64,000 bases of DNA from a virus, in IMG/VR virus record IMGVR_UViG_3300006793_000015, positions 50,470 through 114,469 of that record; one strand, given 5' to 3'. The notes under the pieces were generated by a model. That model made no database searches. It was not told the DNA's origin and was given only the letters and a program-made list of their open reading frames with translations. Shown one piece after another: positions 1 to 11,258 of the stretch (positions within the stretch are counted from its first letter, which is position 1; each line of letters begins with the position of its first letter). The position numbers and the translations under genes are program-made.

Positions 1-2
1 AT

Positions 3-2645
3 GGAACCATCGTGTCCTTGAATAACATCAATTGATGTCTTGTATGTGTCATCTGTAAACTTACTTGGAACATACTTTGGATATAATCCCAACTTAGTAG
101 GAGTAGGCGGCACAAAGTTACCACCTGTAGTAATATACTCAACGATCTCAAGTTTTTCGTTTGAAACTAATGTTACACTGTCCGCCAATGTAACAAACGG
201 AGTTGTTGTAGAGAAAGTATAATCTCTATCTTTTACCAGCATAACACCATTGTTGTATATTAATACACCAGTTTCACTTGGAACTGTGTCGTTGTAAGTT
301 TTATTAAGTTCAAACTTCTTATTATCAATATCAAAAATTGTATATGTTAAAGTTGTTGTATCTGTTGAGAACGGAACCATATCACTATTGTGATATGCCA
401 TTGTATTATTTTTACCAGCGAACATTGTCTGTAAAATAGAATCAACAAACCTAGATGTATTTGAATCATACTCGAGGTTGTCAGCAGTAGTTAAAAATAA
501 GTTCTTAAATCTATTGTATTGTACTTCTGCGTGGTCAATTGAAGTGAAAAAGTCATATTCGTTGTTTGTTAGTATGTACCCTGCTTTTGCTAAACTAGCA
601 GAGTTTTGAACAATGTTTGTTCCTAACAGACTGATGTCGCCAATGTCTCTAGTATTATTATAACCAAAGTATGTGCCCTCAAATTCTAAACTATTATCAA
701 CGCACGTTCCGATATGGTCTCTAATTTGTCCAAGGGTGTATGTTGTTGTTACGTCCAAATTATTAAGCGGGTTATTATTTAAGTTAACAGGAATGTTATA
801 CACTTCTCCATCTACTAAGTTTTCAGTAGTGTCGTCAGTATAGGATTTTATAACAAGTACGTCACCAGTGGTAAGGGCTGTTGTGAAATTAACATACTGT
901 ACATTATCAGTTGTTAAAATATAAAAATCTTTTGTGGTGGAGGAGTTTTCTCCTTTCTCCTTCAACTTTCCGTTAACTTTTACAATTAAATTCTTTGCGT
1001 TAGTTTCTTCCTTTGGAGTTGTCGTAATTTTAAACTGTTGTAATTCAGATCCTACTGAAATTGTTTGTTGTATAAACTGTCTACTCTCAAACGGTGCTTT
1101 TGTCCAGTTATTTTCTACTGTATAATCAGAAATACTATTATAGTTGTGTAAAAAGCCTTTTGCGTTTCTTACACTACTAGTGACATTGTTTAAAACATCA
1201 GTAGTATATGTAAAACTATCTCTAATAATATTATCGTAAAAAACAATGTCGCCAATGTTATTAAAGTTTCTATATGTTAAAGCAAAACCTAACTCAGTGT
1301 CTGCCACTCCTGCTGAGTTTACTGCGTAACTGAACACTGGAGAACCAGCGAACGTGCTGTTAGTATATGTTGAAAAACTAACACCAGTCTCATCAAACAT
1401 ATCAAACAATGGGGCTTGGTTTACTCCTGCTTTAATTTGTCCTTTATTCCATTTGCTGTTTTTATAATACCACTGTGTTCCTGCATTATTGCCATATTTG
1501 GCAATAAGTGTATTATGCTCTACAGGATCTGCGATAGTAGTTGACTTTTCCAAGTGTATAGTATCTACACCAGCAATTCTAAGAATTTGTATTTCGTATA
1601 CAAAGCCATTAACAAAAGGATCTGCATCGCTTGTAAATACTATTAATTGTCCTTCTTCAACCAACTTTCCGTCTATGTAAGTACCAGCACTTGGCTGTCC
1701 TTCTAAATCAGAGAACGCATCTGTAAATAAAGTGTCAACTAAGTCGACATCTGTTAACTTAGCAGTACCAAAATCATAAAGTTTTAAGTTTTTATCAAAC
1801 TCAATAATAGGACGTTTTGCTCTAACTGCTGAATCAAATACAGGAACTGTGTTTGTATATTCTGCTGTTTTGGTAATAATATCTTCATGGAACCAACGGT
1901 TATTATTACTCCATTGGTTGCCATCAAGTGCGCCAGGCTTAATAGTTATGTAATCTTTAGTTAGAGAATAAACTGCTGACTCAGGTGTGACTAAAGTGCT
2001 CCACTCAATCAATTCAATGCTCTTTCCAACATTTGCAACCAGGTATTCTTTGTTTTGGTATGATGATGGATACGTAGATGCGTTAGTGAACTTAACTTTT
2101 AGTCCAGAGGAAAACACCACTGATTGTGTGCCACTAGTAGCAGTAAAAGTTGTTTTGCCTATTAAATCTGATTCTACATTAATTTCTTGATCAATCTCTA
2201 TAGTATCTGGACCGTCTTGTAACCAAAAGTATTTTGTATAACTGGAAATTTTATCTTGGTCAATAGGTGGTGTCCACACATAGTATTCACTAGAAAACAA
2301 TCTGTTATGATTATAACTACTACCGCCCTTTACTTTAACTGAGTTAATTGTGTCAATATATGTGGCGGCAAAGGCATAAGCAGATTGCTCTAAGTTTGCC
2401 GTTGCTAAATCTTTTTTAATTGTTATTGCAGGTTCTAACTGATAGTTTCTTCTATCAGATGTTGTTTCAACTACATAACTATCAGTTGTTTCAAAGTTGT
2501 TAACATCTCGCCTTCCAACGAAACCATTAACAACATCCAAAGTCCCTGGGGACATTAACTGATCCAATGTTGCGTTTAAAAACTTTTTATTAACATCAGT
2601 TTGAAACTGTCCAGGTAATAGGTTAACAGTCTTTCTTATTGCCAT
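3..2645 (-). CDS. Giant baseplate/tail-associated structural protein, N-terminal ~880 aa (runs off the window's left edge)
   Basis: Absent from the ORF track, consistent with no stop before the edge. ATG at 2645, just after the gp6-like stop. Reads MAIRKTVNLLPGQFQTDVNKKFLNATLDQL...EYYVWTPPIDQDK...NRWFHEDII...RAKRPIIEF. I translated roughly the first 300 codons by hand. Confidence 0.75.
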   Translation of the reverse strand, partial: MAIRKTVNLLPGQFQTDVNKKFLNATLDQLMSPGTLDVVNGFVGRRDVNNFETTDSYVVETTSDRRNYQLEPAITIKKDLATANLEQSAYAFAATYIDTINSVKVKGGSSYNHNRLFSSEYYVWTPPIDQDKISSYTKYFWLQDGPDTIEIDQEINVESDLIGKTTFTATSGTQSVVFSSGLKVKFTNASTYPSSYQNKEYLVANVGKSIELIEWSTLVTPESAVYSLTKDYITIKPGALDGNQWSNNNRWFHEDIITKTAEYTNTVPVFDSAVRAKRPIIEFDKNLKLYDFGTAKLTDVDLVDTLFTDAFSDLEGQPSAGTYIDGKLVEEGQLIVFTSDADPFVNGFVYEIQILRIAGVDTIHLEKSTTIADPVEHNTLIAKYGNNAGTQWYYKNSKWNKGQIKAGVNQAPLFDMFDETGVSFSTYTNSTFAGSPVFSYAVNSAGVADTELGFALTYRNFNNIGDIVFYDNIIRDSFTYTTDVLNNVTSSVRNAKGFLHNYNSISDYTVENNWTKAPFESRQFIQQTISVGSELQQFKITTTPKEETNAKNLIVKVNGKLKEKGENSSTTKDFYILTTDNVQYVNFTTALTTGDVLVIKSYTDDTTENLVDGEVYNIPVNLNNNPLNNLDVTTTYTLGQIRDHIGTCVDNSLEFEGTYFGYNNTRDIGDISLLGTNIVQNSASLAKAGYILTNNEYDFFTSIDHAEVQYNRFKNLFLTTADNLEYDSNTSRFVDSILQTMFAGKNNTMAYHNSDMVPFSTDTTTLTYTIFDIDNKKFELNKTYNDTVPSETGVLIYNNGVMLVKDRDYTFSTTTPFVTLADSVTLVSNEKLEIVEYITTGGNFVPPTPTKLGLYPKYVPSKFTDDTYKTSIDVIQGHDGS

Positions 2646-2653
2646 ATTATTTC

Positions 2654-5600
2654 CTATGCACTTGTTGTAATTGTGCCGCTTGCTCTAATCTTAGATGCTG
2701 TTACTGCATCAATAATCTCAACGTTTTCTACTTTAGCATCACTTATAAAAATCTCATCGCTTGTACACTCAATTTCAAACAAACTACCAAAAGTTTGCTC
2801 AGTACCCTTTGGAACAATTAATACTGTTGCAACGTGTGGTGATAATTCAGTGTGAATATACGCTGATAATTCTGTAAAGTAAAATGTATCTCCAAAGTCC
2901 CAATTTACGCTATCAAAATATTCATTAATAGCACTCACTGCCTTTGTTTTAATTTCAGTGTCAGTGATTGAAGACTGTGGATTTTTTACAATCTTAAACT
3001 CTGCTTGCAGATAGCTATCTGCTTTGCTTCCAAACAATACTTTATACTTTACTGGATGGAAAATAATCTCATCACTTAGCATTTTATAATCTAATAAATT
3101 ACTAAATTGTGACGATAACTCTGTTGTAGTACTTTCTTCTGGTTTAATAACAACACCAGTATTATCTTTTATGTAACGAATAAATTGGTTACTATATGAT
3201 TGGGTTAATATATACAAATCAATAATATTACTCAACCCAGGGTTAATTCTTCTGTCGCTTGGTGAGTTATGCTTGTAGTTAAAGTATAAGTCTTTTCTAC
3301 CAATATATGCCAAATAATCTGTGCTATCCAACAATGTACTATCTGCTGAATTGTTTACTTTAAACTTCTTATCTAGAGTTAAGTATATAACTTCTCCGTC
3401 ACTAAAAATTGACAAGTCTGTTGGCAAGTTTGTTGCTAAATCGTAATCTAAATTAACTTCTTTTGTAGTTAATCTATATTGTTCTCCACCGTCTGCCTCA
3501 GTTAACTTTTCAAAAAATACTAATTTGTTATTTGGATTAACTGTTGGATCAATTACTGTGGTAAACTGATCTGGATTATCTGGAATGCCGTCGTCATCGC
3601 TATCTAAAAATGTAACTAATACTCTACGTGTGTTTGTGCTTCCTGAAAACTCTGTGTCTAAACCGTAAATTTGCCAAATGTAATCTTGATCTAATGCGTC
3701 ATTAGAATCAGGCTTGCTATTCATTTTAAATACATTAACGTGGTCTGCTAATGTTTGTCCAGTTCGTGAGTCATAAATTTTAACTGAATCGTCAAAGTAA
3801 AATCTTGTTTCCAAATCACTTTCAAAACTGTATTTTAAACCTCTATATGTTGATGTATAAATTACGCCAGTACTACTAAAACGTATCATCCAACTTGAGT
3901 CTTTACGTAGTCCGGAAGTGTCGCCCGCAAAGCTAAAACTAAATGCATTTGTCGTATTTAAATTTTCTGCTAATACAATAATCCATTCTCTAGTAGTTGC
4001 ATCAAAGCGTAAGCCAAACTCTTCATGATTAAATATTTTGTTTAGCATTGCGGTTTCAATTGCAGAAGTCAAGTCTGTATCAAACTGCGGAATAATTTCC
4101 GCTACTTCTGCACCATCACCAATCTTTTCTGTTAGTGTTACTGGGCCGGAGCCGTCGGATAGATTGCCGGTGCCACCATTCATGCCATCACCTACTACGT
4201 TTTTAACCATTGCCCATATGGAACTAAATGTTCCTGGAGCACCAACTACACCAGTGTGTAAACTGCCATCTGACTTAAAGTATTTTCCAGACGGTGCATT
4301 AAACTTAACTAGTGAGTTTGTTGTTAACCACACTCTGTTGTCTGGTGCCCCTGAACCAATTGGAACTGGAGAGCCGATGTTGTTTTTAAAATAACCAGTG
4401 CTGATATTAGTGCTTGTAGTTGACTGTTCCCAAGTTGTGGTGGATACTGATATTCTTGGGTAATTTTTATAGTAGTATTGTTTACTACTAACGTTACGTA
4501 GAATAGGTTCAATAGTATCGCGAATAATTCGCAATATATCCATTTCATTAGAAAACTCAAAATCAAAATTGTTAGTAAATAATTCTTGGAATAATATTCC
4601 ATCCTCACAAAATACGTTTGTGGATGAATACTTTGCTGAAGGATCAATGACATCTAAATATCTAGATATACCACTTGATGTTCTATTAACTGCCTTTGCT
4701 TTAATAATTTCGTTTGTTGCTGTTACTGGAAAAATATTATAATCTTCGCCATTAACCATTCTGTTTTGTGAATAATAACTCTGCGGTGCCTTTGTTCTAA
4801 TATCTTCAATAGTTTCTCTTTCGGCTGCATTATAAACTTGCTGTTGTAGATCAAGAACCATTGTTAATGTATGTTGAACATTATATTTGCTTAGGTAACT
4901 AATGTTTAACGTTACACCTTGCATATCGTCTGAGTTAATGTCGTATGACAATCCGTTACCTTGTCTAAAGTATGATCTAAAACTACCGCGTGGCATATCA
5001 GAAAATATACCGTCGCCAAACACATATGTAATTTGATCTGCTTCACGTGATTGTACACTGTATAATGATCTTATATCTCTTGATAAACTATTGTAAATCA
5101 CGTTATTACCTGTTACCGCTGGCACTTGCGTCCATAGTCTATATAAGTCATTGTTAGAATCTAACTCATATAACCAAACATCATTTTGGCTAACGTTACT
5201 AGTATTAATTAATACTTGTCTATTAGGAATTGCTTGGTCAATAGTAAAATCAGATGCTCTTAAAGTACCTTGTTTAAAGTAAGCAAAGAAGCCAGTGTTG
5301 ACACTGCCGTTACCTTTGCCGTCACTTCTATATAAAAAACTAAATGGTGAGATAGTGCTAGGTTCTTTTTCATAAACATAGTCATAACCTTCAAAAGTAG
5401 CACTAACAATTTCAAAATCAATATTAACGCCATCAATTGATGCTTGGAATGGAAACACTGGCAGTGTTCCAGTTGCTATGTTAATTTGGTATTCTTGAGT
5501 CTCGATACCATTTAACGTTTTAGAACTATTAGGGTTACCAACTTTTTGTGTGTTCACCATTGCCGCATTTAATACTAAATTAATTTGTTCTGCGTAATCA

Positions 5601-6049
5601 TCATTATTAATGTCATTCCAATCAATTCTAGTGTTTGCTAAATTCTCTCCATTGGAATCATAAACATCTTCCGTTGTAGAGATGCTTGATAACTTTAACA
5701 TTCCGCTTGCGTTTACACTACGCTTTGCGTTATAACTTACGAGTCTCGCAAGTCTTAAAATACTTTCTCTGCGTTCAGCAGTTGCTAGGAAGTTTTCTCT
5801 AGCGTTTAAATCTACTCTGTAACTAATGTTTTGTGTTACATAAGATATGAGGTCAATTAACGCAATAAATTCTGAACTTTCAATGTAGTCATTGAAATCT
5901 TCAGGATAGTATGCTTTGATGTAATCAATCATTGACTTACGCAATGTTTGGAAATCATAACTCTCAAAGTCTGCGTTAATAAAAGATTGGTATAATACTT
6001 GCCAATCCTCTGCGTTGTATATGTTATTTTGTCGTGTTGTTAATGCCAT
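2654..6049 (-). CDS. gp6: Baseplate wedge protein, T4 gp6-like (extended)
   Basis: N-terminal DFESYDFQTLRKSMI...ESSEFIALIDLISY...ARENFLATAERRESILRLARLVSY and later SQNRMVNGEDY are gp6-type motifs; next to the gp25-like gene. Confidence 0.8.
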   Translation of the reverse strand: MALTTRQNNIYNAEDWQVLYQSFINADFESYDFQTLRKSMIDYIKAYYPEDFNDYIESSEFIALIDLISYVTQNISYRVDLNARENFLATAERRESILRLARLVSYNAKRSVNASGMLKLSSISTTEDVYDSNGENLANTRIDWNDINNDDYAEQINLVLNAAMVNTQKVGNPNSSKTLNGIETQEYQINIATGTLPVFPFQASIDGVNIDFEIVSATFEGYDYVYEKEPSTISPFSFLYRSDGKGNGSVNTGFFAYFKQGTLRASDFTIDQAIPNRQVLINTSNVSQNDVWLYELDSNNDLYRLWTQVPAVTGNNVIYNSLSRDIRSLYSVQSREADQITYVFGDGIFSDMPRGSFRSYFRQGNGLSYDINSDDMQGVTLNISYLSKYNVQHTLTMVLDLQQQVYNAAERETIEDIRTKAPQSYYSQNRMVNGEDYNIFPVTATNEIIKAKAVNRTSSGISRYLDVIDPSAKYSSTNVFCEDGILFQELFTNNFDFEFSNEMDILRIIRDTIEPILRNVSSKQYYYKNYPRISVSTTTWEQSTTSTNISTGYFKNNIGSPVPIGSGAPDNRVWLTTNSLVKFNAPSGKYFKSDGSLHTGVVGAPGTFSSIWAMVKNVVGDGMNGGTGNLSDGSGPVTLTEKIGDGAEVAEIIPQFDTDLTSAIETAMLNKIFNHEEFGLRFDATTREWIIVLAENLNTTNAFSFSFAGDTSGLRKDSSWMIRFSSTGVIYTSTYRGLKYSFESDLETRFYFDDSVKIYDSRTGQTLADHVNVFKMNSKPDSNDALDQDYIWQIYGLDTEFSGSTNTRRVLVTFLDSDDDGIPDNPDQFTTVIDPTVNPNNKLVFFEKLTEADGGEQYRLTTKEVNLDYDLATNLPTDLSIFSDGEVIYLTLDKKFKVNNSADSTLLDSTDYLAYIGRKDLYFNYKHNSPSDRRINPGLSNIIDLYILTQSYSNQFIRYIKDNTGVVIKPEESTTTELSSQFSNLLDYKMLSDEIIFHPVKYKVLFGSKADSYLQAEFKIVKNPQSSITDTEIKTKAVSAINEYFDSVNWDFGDTFYFTELSAYIHTELSPHVATVLIVPKGTEQTFGSLFEIECTSDEIFISDAKVENVEIIDAVTASKIRASGTITTSA

Positions 6050-6438
6050 TATGCTGTACTCAGTGTAGCGGTAGTTGTTTGTGTGTTAAAATCAATTAGC
6101 AAATTTTCTATTATCTGGTCTGGAATAAACTTTAAGTTTAATTCTATTAATAGACCGTGCTCATATTGTTTAACCACTATATTTTCTGCTTCTATTCTCG
6201 GATCATAAGCAATAACATCCTGTATGTCTTGTCTTATTGTTTCTATTGTGGTTTCATTCAAGGGCTCGTAAACCATATCCCATACCACAGATCCAAAATC
6301 AGGTAGTTGTAACTTTTCACCTTTTCTTATATTAAAATGGTTCATAAGATCTTGTTTTGCAATATCAAAACCAGTTAATGTGTAAGAATTAGAGAAGTTT
6401 TTGCCCAGAGTATTGAAGCCTTTATATGTAATCGCCAT
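6049..6438 (-). CDS. gp25: Baseplate wedge subunit, gp25-like
   Basis: DLMNHFNIRKGEKLQLPDFGS...YEP...YDPRI is the gp25/GPW signature; 129 aa. Confidence 0.85.
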   Translation of the reverse strand: MAITYKGFNTLGKNFSNSYTLTGFDIAKQDLMNHFNIRKGEKLQLPDFGSVVWDMVYEPLNETTIETIRQDIQDVIAYDPRIEAENIVVKQYEHGLLIELNLKFIPDQIIENLLIDFNTQTTTATLSTA

Positions 6439-6486
6439 ACTAATATTTAGTTATTTTAATTATATACTACTATTAACCTACGTAGA

Positions 6487-8022
6487 TTAATTACTACTGT
6501 CAGCAATATGTGAGGTGGTTCCTGCTTTAGGTTCCTTTTTCTTTGATTGGTTAATTCTTGGATCTGGCTCGTGCATTGGAACTCGTTGCATTGCGGTATA
6601 ATAAGAGTAGCTGCCATCAACAGCATAACGTTTACCACCGTGCGTGTTGGATGCTCCTTTGTTTACCCAGTTATTTTCATATATAGCAACTCTGCCTGCT
6701 TCTTCAGCAACGTTTCCGGCTTCAGTGTTGAGTTTAATAGGATACTTTGTTCCGCCGCCACTTTTAAGAAAAATACATGCTGTGCTTGTAAGGCTAATTG
6801 CTTCCTTGCAAGTAATATTAAACCAGTCAGTGGACTTAAAGTTCATAGTGCCTACTGATGTTGCTTTTAAATTACCATTTATATAGAAGTGAGCGTGTCC
6901 TTTGCCTTGAGCATTTGTTGGATTTGTTTCTATTTTAAAGTTATGCCCTGCTAGTAGATTAATATCCTCGCCCGCTTGTATATTAACATCAACATCTGCT
7001 AACATATTAACATTACCTTCGGCATGAACGCTAACGTCTTTAGCACTAAACACATCTACTGATCCGTCATTTCTCAACTCAGCCCAAGCACTCCCGCTTG
7101 CAGTTCCTAAATAAACTGTGCCACCGTCGTCACTTAATAAAATTTGATGCCCTGTACCTGTTCGTAATCTTATTAACTGGCTAGTACCATTATTGTCGCC
7201 GTCGTCCATAACAAAAGTATGTCCGCTTTTTCTGTTAACAGGCCACTCATATCCTTCTTTATTTTCCTCAGTAACAAGTCCTTGCGTAATTGTTCCAAAG
7301 TCATAATCTAAAGGACCAGGCGTGGAAATACCAAACACATTAGACGGACTCTCGCGTTGAACACTAGAAGTTGTAAGTCCTCTAACATAGTCTGTTTCTA
7401 ATCCTTGCATAAGCAAAGTATCAAACATTGGGTGTACAGGTTTTTCTACATTTTTCCAAGCAGTAGTTTTGTCAAATTTCTTGGTACTTAACTTATTATA
7501 TTCCGCAACAGGCACTTCAAACTTTGGTGAAGTTATACCAGCTGCTTTAGTAGAACTTGAGCCTTTAAATGCTGGCGATGCGGCGATACCCGGAACCATA
7601 TGTAACATTAATGCGTCAGGAATATATGAGATAATATAACCACTTCCTAGTTTGCCTTCTGCAAACACTACCATAACTTGGGTATCAATATCAGGTGTAG
7701 GGAAGGTCATACCATATGATTTAGTGGTCATTTCATACTGATCATTATTATCAGCTAATGCATTCGTTCTTCCGTAAAAAGGCAATGCTAATGAGCAAAG
7801 TATAGTGTTAGATTCATACTCTGTCTTATCGTAACCTGATTCTTTGGATTTACGCTGTTGTGCTAATGCAGGAATATAAACCGCAATACGATTCATACCG
7901 CTGTCATCACCATATCCTTTGACAATACCTATATAAGGACCTGGGTCTGTTTTCGCTGTATAATCTCGTCCAGCAGTGGGTAATCCTACTGTAGGCTTTT
8001 TAGGATGATTTGCTTGAGGCAT
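6487..8022 (-). CDS. Baseplate central spike, gp5/VgrG-like (OB-fold plus beta-helix, no obvious lysozyme domain)
   Basis: N-terminal GPYIGIVKG..D....RIAVYIP, PTPDIDTQVMVVF; SGHTFVMDD...IRLRTGTGHQILLSD; beta-repeat C-terminus. Confidence 0.7.
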   Translation of the reverse strand: MPQANHPKKPTVGLPTAGRDYTAKTDPGPYIGIVKGYGDDSGMNRIAVYIPALAQQRKSKESGYDKTEYESNTILCSLALPFYGRTNALADNNDQYEMTTKSYGMTFPTPDIDTQVMVVFAEGKLGSGYIISYIPDALMLHMVPGIAASPAFKGSSSTKAAGITSPKFEVPVAEYNKLSTKKFDKTTAWKNVEKPVHPMFDTLLMQGLETDYVRGLTTSSVQRESPSNVFGISTPGPLDYDFGTITQGLVTEENKEGYEWPVNRKSGHTFVMDDGDNNGTSQLIRLRTGTGHQILLSDDGGTVYLGTASGSAWAELRNDGSVDVFSAKDVSVHAEGNVNMLADVDVNIQAGEDINLLAGHNFKIETNPTNAQGKGHAHFYINGNLKATSVGTMNFKSTDWFNITCKEAISLTSTACIFLKSGGGTKYPIKLNTEAGNVAEEAGRVAIYENNWVNKGASNTHGGKRYAVDGSYSYYTAMQRVPMHEPDPRINQSKKKEPKAGTTSHIADSSN

Positions 8023-8049
8023 TATGCTTTTCCATTGTTATTTAAAGTT

Positions 8050-10941
8050 CTATTGTCCTGTTAGAGGATTTACTGGAAGTATGTCTGACAAATATCCGTG
8101 TTCTTTCCAACTATTATAACCGTTTCCATATTTACCGTGTGTAATCTTACTACTTTCACTCGCTGAGTTTCCGGCCGCCCAAGCAGTTACGGCTGCCGCT
8201 ATCGCACCTGCAGACACGGCATTAATAACATCTTTTCTCGCACTGCGTTCAGTATTGTTATTATTTGATATAGTAGTTTGGTCTTGGGACGCATAACTGC
8301 TTGTATTAATAATTGGATTTAATCCAACTACGCCAAGCGATTGTCCAGTAGGCTCGGTCAAAACAGTGCCTCCTGTACTAGTTACAAATGACGGCGATGA
8401 TCTATAACTCTCAATAGCAGGACTTGCACTAAATGTAAAAGATCCTGATGCGTCTCCTGGATTTGGACGCATAGGAGTAGTTCCACGCGAAGTATTGGAA
8501 ATTACTGCTGATGTAGTGCCTGACTGCGCCGACGTTGTGTTTAAAGAATTTAACTGAAATGATCTTGCTTCAGCCGCTCTAAACTCTTGTGCGCTTTGAG
8601 GAGAAGATTGTATTGCTTGGGTATTAAAATCTGCATGTGGATTTACACTGTTTCTATTTGACGCTGTTTCAGTTACAGGGCCACTAACTGAGTCAAACTC
8701 ACCTGCCCATTCTCTGTCAGCTGCTTCTGATGCAAGTTCGCGTTCTTTTTGTTCTTCTTGGCTGGCTAATGATTGCACTGGTGTTCCGTCAAATTCGCCA
8801 GCGGCGCTGTCAACGGCTGCTTCACTTCCAGGCGCGGTTGTTGTTGCTGATGCGGCCGCGGCTTTAGCATCTTCAAAATCATAATTTGCGGCTTCGTCAT
8901 CTGACATTAACTCTTGACCTGGTTTCTCAGGGTTGTCTATGTTTTCGCGCCATTGATTATAAATTCTTGTGGCCTCAACAGCTTGTGTAAATTCACCGCC
9001 TTGGAAAGTACTGTTTACCTCCCAAATTCTATAGTAACCTGACAATGTGCTACCGCCATCACTCTCAGCAAAGTTTGCTAATCCAGTTGCTTCATCATAA
9101 TCTCTTGGAGTTTTGAACACTAAGTAAAAATGCGAATCGTCAAGATCACTAAGAATTGCTCCGTTTGCTGGATCGTGTCCTTCGGTGCCGCCTTGGGCTC
9201 CTGTTTTATTAGGAGTAGTCATTGTTAGAATACCGTCTTGTTGTATATAACCAGGATCTCCAACAATCTCTAAACTAATAGTTATCATATCAGACCCAGG
9301 AGTTCTGTATAGATTTTCCATCAACGTGGCGCCAGTTCTTTGCTTTTGGTTTGCGTGTTCATCTGCATTAAATTTGTTATTTTTTGGTTTAATGCTTTGT
9401 GCGCCACTAACAACAGCCTCTCCATCTTGCTGATTCCCTGACTCAGGTGACACATTTGCTTCAGTTTCTTCAATAATAGGGTTTTCAGAACCTTCGTTTG
9501 ATGTTCCAATACCCGACATTGCCATTATAAAAGCATTGTTGAAGGTCAAATCTAAGTTTCTTATATCTAAGTTTTGTCCAGTGTAGATATAGCTATAACT
9601 TCTAGCAGGATTACGAAGGCCGTTTTCTCCAGGTTTAGATTTCCCGCCAGTAACTTCAGGATCAACTACTTTGTAAGGATCTATTTGTATAACTGTTTTT
9701 CTAGCATACTTGTTTCGTATTTTATCAAAATCTTTTAATGTCTTAACATACGTAATTTTCCACCAATTTAGGCCGTTTTCTGGATTTTTCAGTACTGACC
9801 TAGCATCCTTCATTTTATCAAGCGTGGTGTTTTCTTCTAGTTGATCAGTGACGTATGTACTATCACGTATTATTTTTTCAAGAAATGCTAACATGGATTG
9901 CCCAGGTGCTGTTATCTCAACCTTGTAGTCGCCTCTCTCACCTTCACCATAATACCTTATGTCTCTATTAAATTTAAATTTTTTCTCGGGAGGCACTTGA
10001 CGCCCCCTCTCGCCAGGAGCTGTAGTAACCGGGCCTACCCTCAATAAAGTTTGTTTAGCAACATTTGGTTCTATTTTTGCATTTTTTAGCTTTTCAGCAA
10101 TTGGGCCACCACCTGACCCTAATTTAAATTCAATTTCATCAGGAAATTCCTGTGTTTTCGGTGCGACGACAGTTCCGGCAGAATTTGGTTTTAGTCCTGC
10201 ACCACCTATTTTGTCTGTTGATCTTTCCACTTGCTCTCTATTAAATTCTTTCTCAAGAATTTTACAAAAGTCTTGAAGTGATTTTCCTTTAACTTGTTTT
10301 AAATTAAGTGCTTGGGTCAATGGATTGTTACTTCCTTCTAACACAGCCATTGCGATAAACTCAACTGAATAACTAGTACCGACTGACGTAATATTAAAAT
10401 CTAAACTTACTAATCTGACAGGAATCCATCGAGTAGCTGGTTTTATTCTAACCGGCTGGCCTGCATCATCGTACCCAAGAAAATCAATTTGAATTAGTAG
10501 CGGTTTCTCTGTCCAATTTGGTCCGTCTTCGGTTAGTACTTCGTGAAGTCTTTCCAACAATGTGGTGCCAGCTGGCTCTACAATGGCCATGTTCATATCC
10601 ATCACGTTGGTTGCACGACTGGTGGAATTCATACCCATCATTCCTGATATTGACATAGAATCTATGTAAAAATCCAATCCAAAGGCTGGGTGCCGGGCTG
10701 GTATAAACTCTGTGGCGCTGTCTGCAATTCCTCCGGAAGATATTAATGTGTTACATATAGAAGGAATATTTCCATGGCACCATTCCCAACTGCCGTTTTC
10801 AGCCAAATCGTTATACATCTGAAAAGATTTAAAACTTAACAAACTAATTTTATAAGTGTAGTTTGTGAACTGATGTAAAATATTATCAGGTGCTGGAATG
10901 GGCTTGTTAGGATCTATTTGTAGGTTTGGATCACCTGACAT
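8050..10941 (-). CDS. Putative baseplate hub protein with a low-complexity C-terminal extension
   Basis: 963 aa between the gp53-like and gp5-like genes; LEIVGDP and SGYYRIWEVNSTFQGGEFTQ resemble hub (gp27/gp44-type) C-terminal motifs; last ~290 aa are Ala/Ser/Thr/Glu-rich. Confidence 0.55.
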   Translation of the reverse strand: MSGDPNLQIDPNKPIPAPDNILHQFTNYTYKISLLSFKSFQMYNDLAENGSWEWCHGNIPSICNTLISSGGIADSATEFIPARHPAFGLDFYIDSMSISGMMGMNSTSRATNVMDMNMAIVEPAGTTLLERLHEVLTEDGPNWTEKPLLIQIDFLGYDDAGQPVRIKPATRWIPVRLVSLDFNITSVGTSYSVEFIAMAVLEGSNNPLTQALNLKQVKGKSLQDFCKILEKEFNREQVERSTDKIGGAGLKPNSAGTVVAPKTQEFPDEIEFKLGSGGGPIAEKLKNAKIEPNVAKQTLLRVGPVTTAPGERGRQVPPEKKFKFNRDIRYYGEGERGDYKVEITAPGQSMLAFLEKIIRDSTYVTDQLEENTTLDKMKDARSVLKNPENGLNWWKITYVKTLKDFDKIRNKYARKTVIQIDPYKVVDPEVTGGKSKPGENGLRNPARSYSYIYTGQNLDIRNLDLTFNNAFIMAMSGIGTSNEGSENPIIEETEANVSPESGNQQDGEAVVSGAQSIKPKNNKFNADEHANQKQRTGATLMENLYRTPGSDMITISLEIVGDPGYIQQDGILTMTTPNKTGAQGGTEGHDPANGAILSDLDDSHFYLVFKTPRDYDEATGLANFAESDGGSTLSGYYRIWEVNSTFQGGEFTQAVEATRIYNQWRENIDNPEKPGQELMSDDEAANYDFEDAKAAAASATTTAPGSEAAVDSAAGEFDGTPVQSLASQEEQKERELASEAADREWAGEFDSVSGPVTETASNRNSVNPHADFNTQAIQSSPQSAQEFRAAEARSFQLNSLNTTSAQSGTTSAVISNTSRGTTPMRPNPGDASGSFTFSASPAIESYRSSPSFVTSTGGTVLTEPTGQSLGVVGLNPIINTSSYASQDQTTISNNNNTERSARKDVINAVSAGAIAAAVTAWAAGNSASESSKITHGKYGNGYNSWKEHGYLSDILPVNPLTGQ

Positions 10942-10945
10942 GATA

Positions 10946-11257
10946 TTATAACTCCAATGATTTTTGAAGAGTTGTTATTTTTGGTACAAATATAGTTACG
11001 CCCGCAACAAAATCATATACTGGGTCAATTAGAGTGTCTGGGTTTCTCACCGCAAATACCCACCACAGGTTAGCATTGTTATAAATGTCATGTGCTAATA
11101 AATCAGGGCGATTATTATAACTCTCTTCAATTTGATATTCTAAATCGTCGTTTTCGAATGGAAAGGATCTCTTTCTCATTATGCCTAATCTACTATTTAC
11201 AGTGGGAGTTAAGTAATAAGGACTATCTGCAAAATAACTGTATCTTGTCTTTGCCAT
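10946..11257 (-). CDS. gp53: Baseplate wedge protein, gp53-like (LysM-like)
   Basis: RPDLLAHDIYNNANLWWVFAVRNP motif; ATG at 11257, just after the upstream stop, preferred over the track's GTG at 11284. Confidence 0.75.
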   Translation of the reverse strand: MAKTRYSYFADSPYYLTPTVNSRLGIMRKRSFPFENDDLEYQIEESYNNRPDLLAHDIYNNANLWWVFAVRNPDTLIDPVYDFVAGVTIFVPKITTLQKSLEL

Positions 11258-11258
11258 T